DNA from: an uncultured Nitrososphaerota archaeon
GTDB lineage: Archaea; Thermoproteota; Nitrososphaeria; Nitrososphaerales; CADDZS01
Assembly (NCBI GenBank): GCA_963799845.1
Contig: CAWCYI010000004.1
Span: forward strand, 2,074,643 to 2,138,642
Reading direction: 5' to 3'
Length of the DNA stretch: 64,000 nucleotides
Both the position numbers and the translations under genes were made by a program. The notes under the pieces were generated by a model. That model saw only the letters and a program-made list of their open reading frames with translations, was not told the DNA's origin and did not search any database. Position 1 is the stretch's first letter; every line of letters starts with the position of its first letter. Of the stretch, positions 31,961-41,532 are shown in pieces.

Positions 31961-32176
31961 CTACTTAATGCGAGAATCCCTGCGATAATTCCTTCGACGT
32001 TTTCCGCTTTTCTCTTTTCGCTCGATTTCTTGAATCAAAGCACTTTCAACAAAGCGTGATAGCGTGAGATTTCTTTCCCACTCTGTTTTATGTTTGTTCG
32101 TCTTATTGACGATTCGACGAATTCTTTTTCCGATTCTCTTTCGGATTGTGACGACCATCCATCCTTCTCGTGGCAT
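31961..32176 (-). CDS. RHH-like small DNA-binding protein
   Basis: MPREGWMVVTIR; paralog of 23172. Confidence 0.7.
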   Translation of the reverse strand: MPREGWMVVTIRKRIGKRIRRIVNKTNKHKTEWERNLTLSRFVESALIQEIERKEKSGKRRRNYRRDSRIK

Positions 32177-32206
32177 GATCAGAATCTTCGTAGCACTTGT
32201 CTTCCG

Positions 32207-32602
32207 TTAAACTATGGAGAAATTTAGCCCCTGCGAAGTTTCACGCCGAGCTCTTTCAGCTCTCTTCACAACACTCGGATCGGACAAGACAAAGCCGATG
32301 TGATCACAATCTCCGGCTTGGTCTAGCATGCAGAAGAGCTTCCCATGCTTGATCAACACCTCGGCATCTTTGAGTTTGTAATAGTCTTTCACTATTACTT
32401 TGTTTTCTATTCGGTCCTTTATCTCGAAACGTCCCTCAAGAACATCCTGCTCGATTGCCCTCTCCAGGAGTTTTTGAGCGTAGGCTGTATAGCTCTTAAT
32501 GTCCTCCATGATCAGGTCTCGTTTCTTTCTCTCGTAAGCATCCATCAGCTTAACGAAGAGCTTGGTCTTGAGAGTGAGTGTCTGGTATCCTTTGGTTGGC
32601 AA
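32207..32602 (-). CDS. RHH-like regulator with C-terminal Cys/His motif; last codons frameshifted
   Basis: MPTKGYQTLTLK; C.LD...DCDH; extra G near 32258 relative to the paralog. Confidence 0.7.
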   Translation of the reverse strand: MPTKGYQTLTLKTKLFVKLMDAYERKKRDLIMEDIKSYTAYAQKLLERAIEQDVLEGRFEIKDRIENKVIVKDYYKLKDAEVLIKHGKLFCMLDQAGDCDHIGFVLSDPSVVKRAERARRETSQGLNFSIV

Positions 32603-32703
32603 CTCTTTTGTTCTCCTTTTATCCGTGAATGGTTCTTAATGAAATTCCAAAGCTATATATCTGATTTACGGTATAATTTACCGTAGATACGAGAGACTGA
32701 CCG

Positions 32704-32946
32704 TTGGCAGAGGGACAAAAGGAGCTCAAGCTCAAGATACATCGTGTCTTGGGCGCTGCGTCGGTTTTCAGACAGGGAGGCTCGCTTCGATTGATTTTGC
32801 CGAAGAAGGCTTTTGGATTTTTGAACATGCCGCGAGATCCAGAAGACTCTGAATTTTCTACCGTTATTCTCATAGCCACAAATAGAGGGATTCTCATTCG
32901 GCCACTCTCTGATTTTTTGCAAGATGACGAAATGAAGAGTCTCTGA
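32704..32946 (+). CDS. AbrB/SpoVT-like small regulator
   Basis: RQGGSLRLILPKK...GILIRP. Confidence 0.6.
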   Translation: MAEGQKELKLKIHRVLGAASVFRQGGSLRLILPKKAFGFLNMPRDPEDSEFSTVILIATNRGILIRPLSDFLQDDEMKSL

Positions 32947-33586
32947 AACAGACCACTGCTAAACTGCTCATCGCAAAGAGGTATAGATTTCCCGAATATT
33001 TTTGTCATATTCTCTGCAAGATATTCTACCTTCCGAAAATTCTTGCGCAATTAACTTTGCGACTCTTCTCTTGTCAGAATTCCAAGCCAGAGCTGGTCCA
33101 ACCATTCTTGAATTTTCGTTTGTACCGATAGTCCAATTTTCAATCTTCCCTTCGTTGAATCTGACCTGCAAATGAACGAGAAGAGGAGAGTGATTTCAGC
33201 CTAATCTAACTTGGATTCTAAGTATCTGAGGAACTAAGGAACCTTGGAAACCAAGTATCCAAGTACACTGGTTAGATTAGCCCCAAATAGTAACTAAATG
33301 TCCTCACACAGTTAAGGTAAATGAAAATCGAAGAAAAAGTTCAATCTTCAAAAAATAGGAAGAAGGAAACGAAATCGTCAGTCGAAAATCGAATCGATGG
33401 TAGCGAAGGGCAAACCGCCTTCTCAGCTGGATTCAACTTAATCGTTCAAGGGTGAATTTTCAGATGAAAATCAAAATCATCTGTGCGGCAGTGTCGGTGC
33501 TCTTTTGTGTTGCGGTGTGTTCGATTAGAGAAAAAAGGAATTACGTGTAGACGTAAGGACAATAAAAGCGAGCGCGCTAACGGCTG

Positions 33587-34255
33587 ATGAAACTGTCCGA
33601 GGCCCTCGTGTTGGCAAATGAAGTGAAAGCCATGCTGGGGCCTCACACTGCTCGGCTCGAAATTGGCGGCGGAATTCGACGGCAGAAGGCCGAACCACAC
33701 GACATTGAGATAATCTGTATTCCGAAGTTCGGCAAATTTGAGAAGGAAACGTTGATGGGAACGGAGTACGAGGACTACAACGAGCTGGACGAATTTATTA
33801 GGGCAAAAATGCTGGACAACACTTTCGAGAAAGGCGATCCTGATTCCGTTGGCAGACGAGCACCTTTCAGCGTAAGATACTATCGCATCAAATACAAAAG
33901 AGAGCAGCTCGACATTTTCGGCGTTCTCCCGCCCGCGCAGTGGGGCGTGGAATTTATCCTTAGAACTGGTTCTGCCGATTTCAACAAGTGGCTTGTAGTC
34001 TATGGAAATCCTGACGGGATCTATTTCCGAGACGGGCATCTTGAGAGGATCACTTTCAAAAGCGACAACGGCATCAAAGTGATCGATACTCGGCTCACGG
34101 TCAGGACCGATGAGGAAGCCGATGTTTTTCGTGTAATGGGATTGGATTGGATTGAACCGAAAAACCGCAACGAAGCCTATCTCAAAAAATTATTCGCGTC
34201 GAATCCAAAGATCAAAGACCAGACTGATAGCGGGTTCAGGAATCTTGGAACGTGA
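33587..34255 (+). CDS. minimal family X DNA polymerase (palm/thumb only)
   Basis: EIGGGIRRQK...DIEII, QLDIF, TGSADFN, EEADVFRVMGLDWIEP..R. Confidence 0.85.
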   Translation: MKLSEALVLANEVKAMLGPHTARLEIGGGIRRQKAEPHDIEIICIPKFGKFEKETLMGTEYEDYNELDEFIRAKMLDNTFEKGDPDSVGRRAPFSVRYYRIKYKREQLDIFGVLPPAQWGVEFILRTGSADFNKWLVVYGNPDGIYFRDGHLERITFKSDNGIKVIDTRLTVRTDEEADVFRVMGLDWIEPKNRNEAYLKKLFASNPKIKDQTDSGFRNLGT

Positions 34256-34400
34256 ATTCAGAGAAATTCGTAGTCTGCACTTTCGACAACTGGCGAAGGA
34301 TTCCTGAAAGCAGAGCGTATCACTCAAGAGACGGTCCAGTTTGCCGCAGATGTGTGCGGATGATCAAATCGATGTTTGGTGAAAGGGAGTTGTTTCTGAT

Positions 34401-35516
34401 TTGAGAGCTGGACAGTTCGCCACCTTAGACTACGACAACGGAACCCACGGCTACCAGATCAAATTCAGCGACGACGAGTGGGAATGGCTGGATGAATTTG
34501 TGTCGACCAAAGACGCTCGCTATTCCTTTGTGAAAATCCTTCGCCGCAGTATCCTGCGAAAACCGTGGTTCACATTTTCCGAAAAGGATCTGCTCGTCTT
34601 ACATGCGGCTCTACTATTGACCGATGGCCACTACACTTCCGTAGCAATCGTGAGTAAGCGGATCCGGCCCGCTGCCATGCGCGTCTTGAGAGGGAAGCGA
34701 AAGAGAAAGTAAAATGCCAGGAATCCATCCACCGCCAGCCCACGGCGCAAGCCGTGAAGATTTGCACGAGTACTCGCAGTGGTACGCTTGTCTGCCTTCC
34801 GAGGAACAGGAGAAGGAAAAGAAGAAACGCTTTCCTCACATGCCTGATCCCGACAAGCAGCACATTATCGACGTGCCAAAGTTGCATCCTGATATTCAGG
34901 CAGCAATTGATCCCGAGACGAATCGGCTGGTAGAAAGGTACCGGACGAAACCGAGGAAGAAGAAAAATGCGAGAGACGATAGGGAGTCAGGCTAAACGAC
35001 TCGGAATCTCACCTGAACGCCTGTTCTTGCTGAGATACATCGATCCCGAAGCCTATCGTTGTATGAAGTGCAACTTTGAAACCACTTCCAGTACTTCGCG
35101 GTGTCCTAACTGTGGAAAAGAATATAGCTCTACGCCTCTTTGGGGAAAGAAGATTTCCGAGCTGCGAGCTAAGGTGAAGAAGATTGAGTGAACCCGTCTG
35201 CCCCGTCCATCCAAAGGTGAAACTCGATCTTCTAATGAAAGGCGAGGGTAGCTGTTTCAAATGCCATCTCCGGTACGACCTGAAAGAAGCTCGACAAATC
35301 CTAGAATTCTGTCAGCGGAACGGATTCAAAGCGAAACAGAAACTCGTCAGAGATACTGGGCCTCTGAGCTTCATCACTTGGGGATTGCCACCGGGCGGAC
35401 TCAAGAGAAAGGAGATGGTGATCGTGCATCAGGACGGCAGCGAATTAACAGATAAGGAAATCCAATTCTTCTCGCGTCCGAAGGCTAGGGCAAATTTCCC
35501 GAAGCTTGCACATTGA
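34401..35516 (+). CDS. four tandem small hypothetical ORFs (34401, 34714, 34967, 35184), two with Zn fingers
   Basis: Abutting or overlapping starts and stops; CxxC..CPNC and CPVH..CFKC. Confidence 0.6.
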
Positions 35517-36583
35517 CGGACAGTAGGATCTCACTCTTGTACCCCGAAAGGTTAGGCATCAGGACGGCGGACCTCGAAAGATGCCGAGCATTACTAGAAT
35601 TAATTCTAAAGAAAGCTGAAACAGAAGATCGGACGTGGTCTTACCCCGCTGAACTCGGGCGCGAGGGTTTGCCACACCTAGAAGATTATAGAACGATTGA
35701 AAAATACGCCGAGAAACTTTCACAGTGGTTGCCTGATGGGATCAGCTATGAACCCCACAGTCCTGGGGCAGATAACGCGAATCTGATCCGCGTCCTAAAC
35801 AGGGCAACGTGTCAAACCTGGTTAAAGCAATCCCAGATAAAGACGGCCAAAGAAATCCTCGAAGTTCAAGCTTATCTGGGACCTGGCTGGTTCTACGAAG
35901 ATTGCATCAGGAATCAGAAAATAGAAGATTGGATCGCATCCGTGACCGACTTTGGCGGGAATTTTTCAGCGGGCGGGACTCCCAGGAGAAAGCTCGCCAT
36001 TGATTGGATCAACAATCGGCTTTTGCATGCTGGATCCACTATTCCGATGAAGCTCCTGAAAATTGCACAGGCATACGGCCAAACGTTGTGGGCTGTCTCC
36101 TCTATGATGCTTCGCGCCAGCGGAACAGACGAGGCCATCTTCATCTACATTCTTTACGAGTTTCGCGAGGCGGTCTGGATTCGCGTTATAGAATATTTGT
36201 CAGAGCAGCGCAGAGAGCTGCCACTTCCGAAGTGGATCAACCTCGCCAACCACTTTCAAAACCGTCTAGCGAAAATGGAGTCTTACGCAATGAGCTTTGA
36301 CGACTGGTTAGCGAAGGACGTAGTGGCGGTTTTCCTCTCCCGCCCCGACACGGAAGAGCTGGCAAAAGAGTACGTTTCGCTGCTCTGTGAGACTGGAAAA
36401 TGGTTTGCGATCCAGCTCGTCATCGACAGCAAATTCGTGTCAGAAGAGTACCACTCCCGATACAATGGCTTTCAGGCTAAACGGGAGAGCCTGATACGGG
36501 AAGCGAGGAAGAAACCGCGCCTGGATGAGATCCGCGCCAGAGAAAAAGGAAAGAGGATCCGTGTACGTTGGAAGAAAAACTGA
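35513..36583 (+). CDS. hypothetical protein, 356 aa
   Basis: Long ORF coupled to the upstream gene (TTGA overlap); no recognised motif. Confidence 0.75.
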   Translation: MTDSRISLLYPERLGIRTADLERCRALLELILKKAETEDRTWSYPAELGREGLPHLEDYRTIEKYAEKLSQWLPDGISYEPHSPGADNANLIRVLNRATCQTWLKQSQIKTAKEILEVQAYLGPGWFYEDCIRNQKIEDWIASVTDFGGNFSAGGTPRRKLAIDWINNRLLHAGSTIPMKLLKIAQAYGQTLWAVSSMMLRASGTDEAIFIYILYEFREAVWIRVIEYLSEQRRELPLPKWINLANHFQNRLAKMESYAMSFDDWLAKDVVAVFLSRPDTEELAKEYVSLLCETGKWFAIQLVIDSKFVSEEYHSRYNGFQAKRESLIREARKKPRLDEIRAREKGKRIRVRWKKN

Positions 36584-36640
36584 TTCTGCAAGCGGCAAAG
36601 GTCGCGAGGAAGATCGCCGACAAAGAGTTACCGAAAGCAG

Positions 36641-36970
36641 TTGAGGACAAGCTCATTGAAAAACTCGATTAAGCTCGTGATCGTTGCTGCGCTGTTGATC
36701 GGTCTAGCATATTTTGGAGTAGAGGCGCAAGAACATCTCAGCATCGGTACCTGCTGCGATCAATTTGTTGTTTATTGGATCGATTGTCGTCCGCTACCTA
36801 GCGGGGCAGAGTGCATATCTCCATTCTCTTTCTTTTCAGAGTACATGGGAGATTGGACCCTCTGCGATAGCGGGAACCTCGGTAACTTCTATGGCTACCA
36901 AAACTGTACGGGTCTGAAAGTCGTGGAAGGCTGCTACGATCTATTTCTGACGTGGAATTTCTGCTACTAG
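36641..36970 (+). CDS. small Cys-rich secreted protein
   Basis: TM followed by eight Cys. Confidence 0.6.
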   Translation: MRTSSLKNSIKLVIVAALLIGLAYFGVEAQEHLSIGTCCDQFVVYWIDCRPLPSGAECISPFSFFSEYMGDWTLCDSGNLGNFYGYQNCTGLKVVEGCYDLFLTWNFCY

Positions 36971-36997
36971 CGCGCGCAGGAATTGATTTTTTCCAGT

Positions 36998-37448
36998 ATG
37001 TCGCACCACTATCCGAATCGCAAGAACGGCTCTCCGCCCCACTCTGGATCTCCCCACGGCGGTAGCAACGAGAAGGAACCCGAGCGAGAGAAGCCGGTTG
37101 TTTCAGACGTACCAACAGTAGTCAGGATGGGCGACAAGATTTTCAAAATTGGTGAAGGCGGGTCGCCTCTGGCAATCGAAAGATGAGAACGCCATCGGTG
37201 TAACTTTCGAGGGCTGGATGGACTTTATGACGGGGAAAAAATACAAAGACAAGCCTGAGCTCGACAGCGAATATTTTTGGTATGCTCTGCTCGCGGTCCC
37301 GAAGGGAGATAGAGACAGAGAGCCGTCGATCAACAAGTATTCGCCTTTGGTAATTAGGTCAGTAAGTTACTCCTCGGTCATGCAACAGCTCAAGAAGTGG
37401 TATGACGAGAACGGACAGAAATCGACCTGGGAGCTGCGAGAGGATTAA
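36998..37448 (+). CDS. HYP-leader protein, frameshift at A-run ~37145-37148
   Basis: MSHHYPNR...IFK | LVKAGRLW joins two ORFs on deleting one A. Confidence 0.65.
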
Positions 37449-37711
37449 TCGTTGCATCACTTTCCAAATTATTAAGCTGGCGCGTCAGAGGCTCGGGAAA
37501 CACTAGCATCAGCTAAGCAGTGTCAGGATCGGCCATGGGAATAATCCTGGGCGGACACCCAAGAAAATAGTCCGCTTTTCCCGAGCTTAACTATGCTTAC
37601 TCGAAAACAGATTCTCTTGCTAGTACTGCTGGTACTGCTCGGGATGATTCTTTCCAGCTTTCTGACCTTTTGAACCGCCTAGTCTTAAATCGTAAAGCAG
37701 AATTCCGTCTG

Positions 37712-37984
37712 ATGATGCCTGCAAAGAAAAAGTCGGTGCCCAAAGGAAGGGCAAAGACTAGCAGCAAGAAGAAATCCGCAAAGAAAAGTTCGAGTGGCGC
37801 GAGGCGACGCGCCCAGACCAAGAGATCGCCTGCGAAAAAGGAGACGGGTCCGCAAAGTGCGGACACGTCCTCTCCCGTTACAAATTCGGAACATCACACT
37901 GACTCGCCGAGTGAACCGATCCCCACAACTACGGGCGGCAACACAAACACGGTGGAGAGTCCAGCTCCGATCAGTGAAAGATAG
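37712..37984 (+). CDS. Lys/Arg-rich basic protein (possible DNA-condensing protein)
   Basis: MPAKKKSVPKGRAKTSSKKKSAKK. Confidence 0.6.
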   Translation: MMPAKKKSVPKGRAKTSSKKKSAKKSSSGARRRAQTKRSPAKKETGPQSADTSSPVTNSEHHTDSPSEPIPTTTGGNTNTVESPAPISER

Positions 37985-39035
37985 TGCCAGACAAGAAAGC
38001 CCGAGACGCGATTGATGGAGCTGCGGAGCTCTGGCGGCTACGAAAGCAGCTCAAGAAAGAGGTCGAGTTTGCCAAAGAAGTTGTGGACTCGCATTTCGGC
38101 AAGACTCCGAAAAGTCCTAGCGAGAACGCGATGAAGCTGGCGGCCTTTGAGGTTATTCTGACACAGCGTTTAGAGCAGCCTCAGGCTAATGAGCTCAGGG
38201 CAATCCTCGATCTGATCGAGGCTTATAAGATTCCACGAGCCTCAAGTCTAGCGCAAGAGCGCATGGAAGCCATGTTTGCTGGAACATTGATCAACGATAT
38301 TGAAGCCAGAGTTAGGCGTTTGCTCGGAGAGCCACATGAACCTATCGTCTCAGAAATGGGTCTTGCAAAGGGATACTCGCAAAATGAGCAGACCGCGTAA
38401 AGACACGTCGAGCGCAGATACATCGAGTAAAATTAGGAATTACGTTCTCGAACAAATCGATGACGAGGGAAAAGCAAAGCTCCAGAAAGTCATTGATCAC
38501 TACCTAGAACATGCAAACGTGGGTGCAATCGGCGGTGGACTGACGTACTCCATCTCTCCGACCAGTCTTGGAGAAAAGATCGAGGTTTCATGTTTCTGCG
38601 GAAAAATCAAAGAGGACTTGACAAACTACGGGTTATGGTGAACAGATGCAACCCGAGCAGGATCCTCGGACAAACTCAGTTAGCGCGAAGATAATCCTAG
38701 TAGTGGCGGTCATTGCTTTCGCGGCAGCGATAGGATATTATTTCGGCACTCAAAGCCCACCAACGCCCACGTACATTACGCAGATACAAGAGCCGCCAAC
38801 CGGCGGTGAACCCTGCGTCCTAGTTCCAGAAAATCTTGTCGGAAACAACAGCAACCAGGCGATAGGAAACAGCTCTCTGTTTGTGATACGCAACTACATG
38901 GGTTTCATCTATCTCGTTTGTGGCGGTCAGGCGTACTACTACACGCCAACTTTGATCTGGAATAACTCGCTCGGAATTTCGCAGGTGGTTTGCTACGAAT
39001 ATTACTGCTACCTTCAAGTACCAAGCCCAGGTTAG
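37984..39035 (+). CDS. three tandem hypothetical ORFs (37984, ~38385, 38646 membrane-anchored)
   Basis: Co-oriented and closely spaced. Confidence 0.6.
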
Positions 39036-39058
39036 AATTTTGGGCCAAAAGTTCTGCA

Positions 39059-39391
39059 ATGAATAATAAGCAGGGAAACGCAGGACGACCCATCGCAGAC
39101 CACAAATCCTCTTATCACGTACTTTCGTGCGGCGCGGGAGTCAATTCTACCGCCCTAATGATTATTCTAGTCGAGAGCAAGATGCCCTTCGATGAGGCAA
39201 TTTTTGCGGACACCACGGCAGAGGTTCCAGCGACGTACTATCATCTGGAAAACGTAATCCGTCCTTATCTGGAGCATTTGGGCAAGAGTCCTCTAATATG
39301 GTGTACTCTTCACCTAGAAGTGGCCAGCAGACGTTTAGCCCCGGTTCACTCCCGAAACCTCCATGCTAATGATGACAGTTTGGTGGATTGA
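39059..39391 (+). pseudogene. N-terminal fragment of a PAPS-reductase/PP-loop family protein
   Basis: VLSCGAGVNSTA, IFADT.AE.P.TY; similarity ends ~39283. Confidence 0.7.
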
Positions 39392-39822
39392 TAATGCGAA
39401 TTAGATCGAGAATAAATCAAGCGAGCTCTAAGAACCTTAGGAGAAGATTGGTGGTTGTCTTTTTTGCGATTGTCACTGCATTTCTACTGACGGTGCTAGT
39501 CGGGTTCGGGATACATGAATCCGCCGTGGCTTCCGAGCCAACCCCGAATTCATCACCGGGTTCACTCCCCGTTTCCGGGCCGATGGTGAGCGGCCCTCAA
39601 TTCTATGTCGGCTGTGACGGGAACCAGACTGTGCTGATCCAATATGGGAATCACCCCGCGAACACCAGCTCGGTGCTTCATACACCGATCGCTCAGTTGG
39701 AAGCAAACGATACGCACGTATTCTGCGATAACAACGGGAATTTGATAAACTCCATTAATGGCCAGATAATTCCTGTTACGCCGCCGACTGCTCCTACTCC
39801 ATTGGTGAATTCGACTCCCTGA
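39388..39822 (+). CDS. membrane-anchored secreted protein
   Basis: Basic N-terminus + TM, Pro/Ser-rich. Confidence 0.65.
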   Translation: MIMRIRSRINQASSKNLRRRLVVVFFAIVTAFLLTVLVGFGIHESAVASEPTPNSSPGSLPVSGPMVSGPQFYVGCDGNQTVLIQYGNHPANTSSVLHTPIAQLEANDTHVFCDNNGNLINSINGQIIPVTPPTAPTPLVNSTP

Positions 39823-40016
39823 ATATTCTCGGATATGCATGAAGCAGAAAGGTTCGGCTAGCCTCCTCAAAAGATAGGCCCATCAGATCCATTAAAATTT
39901 CAAGGATGTAGCTGACGTACTCGGTTCCTTAAATAAGAAAACCTCTGTTTGTTTTGTTATAGCATTATAATTTCGATCGACAAAAGGCGGATTGATTTAC
40001 CTTAAAGATCTCGACA

Positions 40017-40331
40017 ATGCAAGCTCTTCTTGTAATAGCTCTATGTTCAATTTTGGCACTAGCGTTAGGCTTCGCAATTGGTACTTCGTACTCCGGGCAA
40101 AGTCAAAGGCGTGGTCAGATCTTGACAGTTGAGGCAGAGACTGTTGAGGAACAAATTGGGACGATCTATAATGCGGCGGGATGCCCCACGGTCAGCGATA
40201 TCATACATAGCTTTAATGCCACGACGTATCAGCTGCCTTCAACAATTCCTGGCACTTTTGAAGCAACAGTTATTATTGGGTCAAATGTTACGCAGTACAT
40301 TTCAATTACTACAATAACTACCTCTTGTTGA
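40017..40331 (+). CDS. small secreted protein
   Basis: Signal peptide; weak similarity to 48635. Confidence 0.6.
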   Translation: MQALLVIALCSILALALGFAIGTSYSGQSQRRGQILTVEAETVEEQIGTIYNAAGCPTVSDIIHSFNATTYQLPSTIPGTFEATVIIGSNVTQYISITTITTSC

Positions 40332-40644
40332 GTGAGTTAGTTATCTTTCCCTTAGAGCTTGGTAGGGCGATTTAGTCCAACCTTACGAGCTTAATTGAGT
40401 AAAATCTAGATTGTGTGCCGAATGTATTATGAGTCAGGTATCGCGCACACTAATAACGATGTAATTATGGTTTCTCAAGATGTGTCAACATTGCCTTGAG
40501 ATATCAAGCTTTATGGTATCACTCCATATGAACACACAACAAGCGAGGGCGTAACTCGATTCCTAAGTGATACGAAATAGACTCTCGAGAGTTTAAGACA
40601 AGATAATCCTAAGAGAGCGAGTGCAATATCGGGCAAGTACCTCT

Positions 40645-40737
40645 ATGGCATATGATCCAGTAAATGGATACGTGTATGTCTCCAATACAAATGGAGATCA
40701 AAGAGGTAACAGCAATGTTTCCGTTCTGAGTTCATAA
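40645..40737 (+). pseudogene. YVTN beta-propeller repeat remnant
   Basis: MAYDPVNGYVYVSN...NVSVL. Confidence 0.5.
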
Positions 40738-40867
40738 AAATCAATCAAAGAATAGGAGATCCCGAGTTGCATCTTTTTTTACACGCCCCCTAAGGACTCC
40801 TCATGTTTGGGTTTGGGCTTATTAGTAAAATCAAAGTGATCTACAATCTCTGATCTGTTTGTTAATT

Positions 40868-41485
40868 CTAAATGCTCTTGAATAATGGTTTGCTGTTGAT
40901 TTGTTCCTTTATGAAAGTTGGACTCAATTTCGTATAATACTCTAGAATCGTTGCCGGCTTGTCGCCGGTATTTTCTATAACGACACTGTTAGGAATATTG
41001 CTTTCAAAACTCAAAGTAATGTAAGAATGTCTAACACAATGCCATGATTTGGGCTTTCCGAGAATCTTGCTAGTCCAACGTTGAATGATCCTCTCGACTG
41101 TCTTCGAAGACTTATCGAAAAATCTTGGGCTTTTCTTATCTTCTCTCTCATTCCAATATCTTCTCAAGCTGTTAAGGACAGCTTCGGGTACGTAGATCTT
41201 CCTGTACCTGTCTTTCTTCTCGTCCCAGATAGAAACATAGCCTTCGGTCCAGATTATTGAGTTGTAATCAAAGGAGAGTTCGCCTACACGAACACCAGAA
41301 TAGAATCCTAAAAGAAGGAGCGTGTAATCTTTGAGGTTGTCAATCTTGCTAAGAAGTTGTTCGACCTCCGCTTTCGTTAGTGGGTCGTTGTTGTTTCGCA
41401 GCCTGGTCTTCGATCCTGTCTTAATAGGTTCAGGATTAGGACTTTCGGTCTCTTTATGCTCTAAAAATAACGTTGTTTCGGATAT
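40868..41485 (-). CDS. tyrosine recombinase/integrase (catalytic domain only), probable AUA start
   Basis: Frame open to 41509; GFYSGVRVGEL (R), HCVRHS (HxxR), TGD...LEYY (Y). Confidence 0.85.
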   Translation of the reverse strand: MSETTLFLEHKETESPNPEPIKTGSKTRLRNNNDPLTKAEVEQLLSKIDNLKDYTLLLLGFYSGVRVGELSFDYNSIIWTEGYVSIWDEKKDRYRKIYVPEAVLNSLRRYWNEREDKKSPRFFDKSSKTVERIIQRWTSKILGKPKSWHCVRHSYITLSFESNIPNSVVIENTGDKPATILEYYTKLSPTFIKEQINSKPLFKSI

Positions 41486-41532
41486 TTTAGCACCATTTTT
41501 GACTGACTCCTAATTCGTTCTTTCCGCGTTGG

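Noticed and set aside
33446-34039. Long antisense or shadow ORFs (e.g. 33446-, 47181+, 57394+, 58087+, 61013+)
   Set aside because: They overlap better-supported genes on the other strand and lack motifs.
21412-41512. TAG stop-codon reassignment (in-frame TAG before 21415 and upstream of the integrase)
   Set aside because: Many well-defined genes end in TAG directly before the next gene; an indel or AUA start explains both cases.
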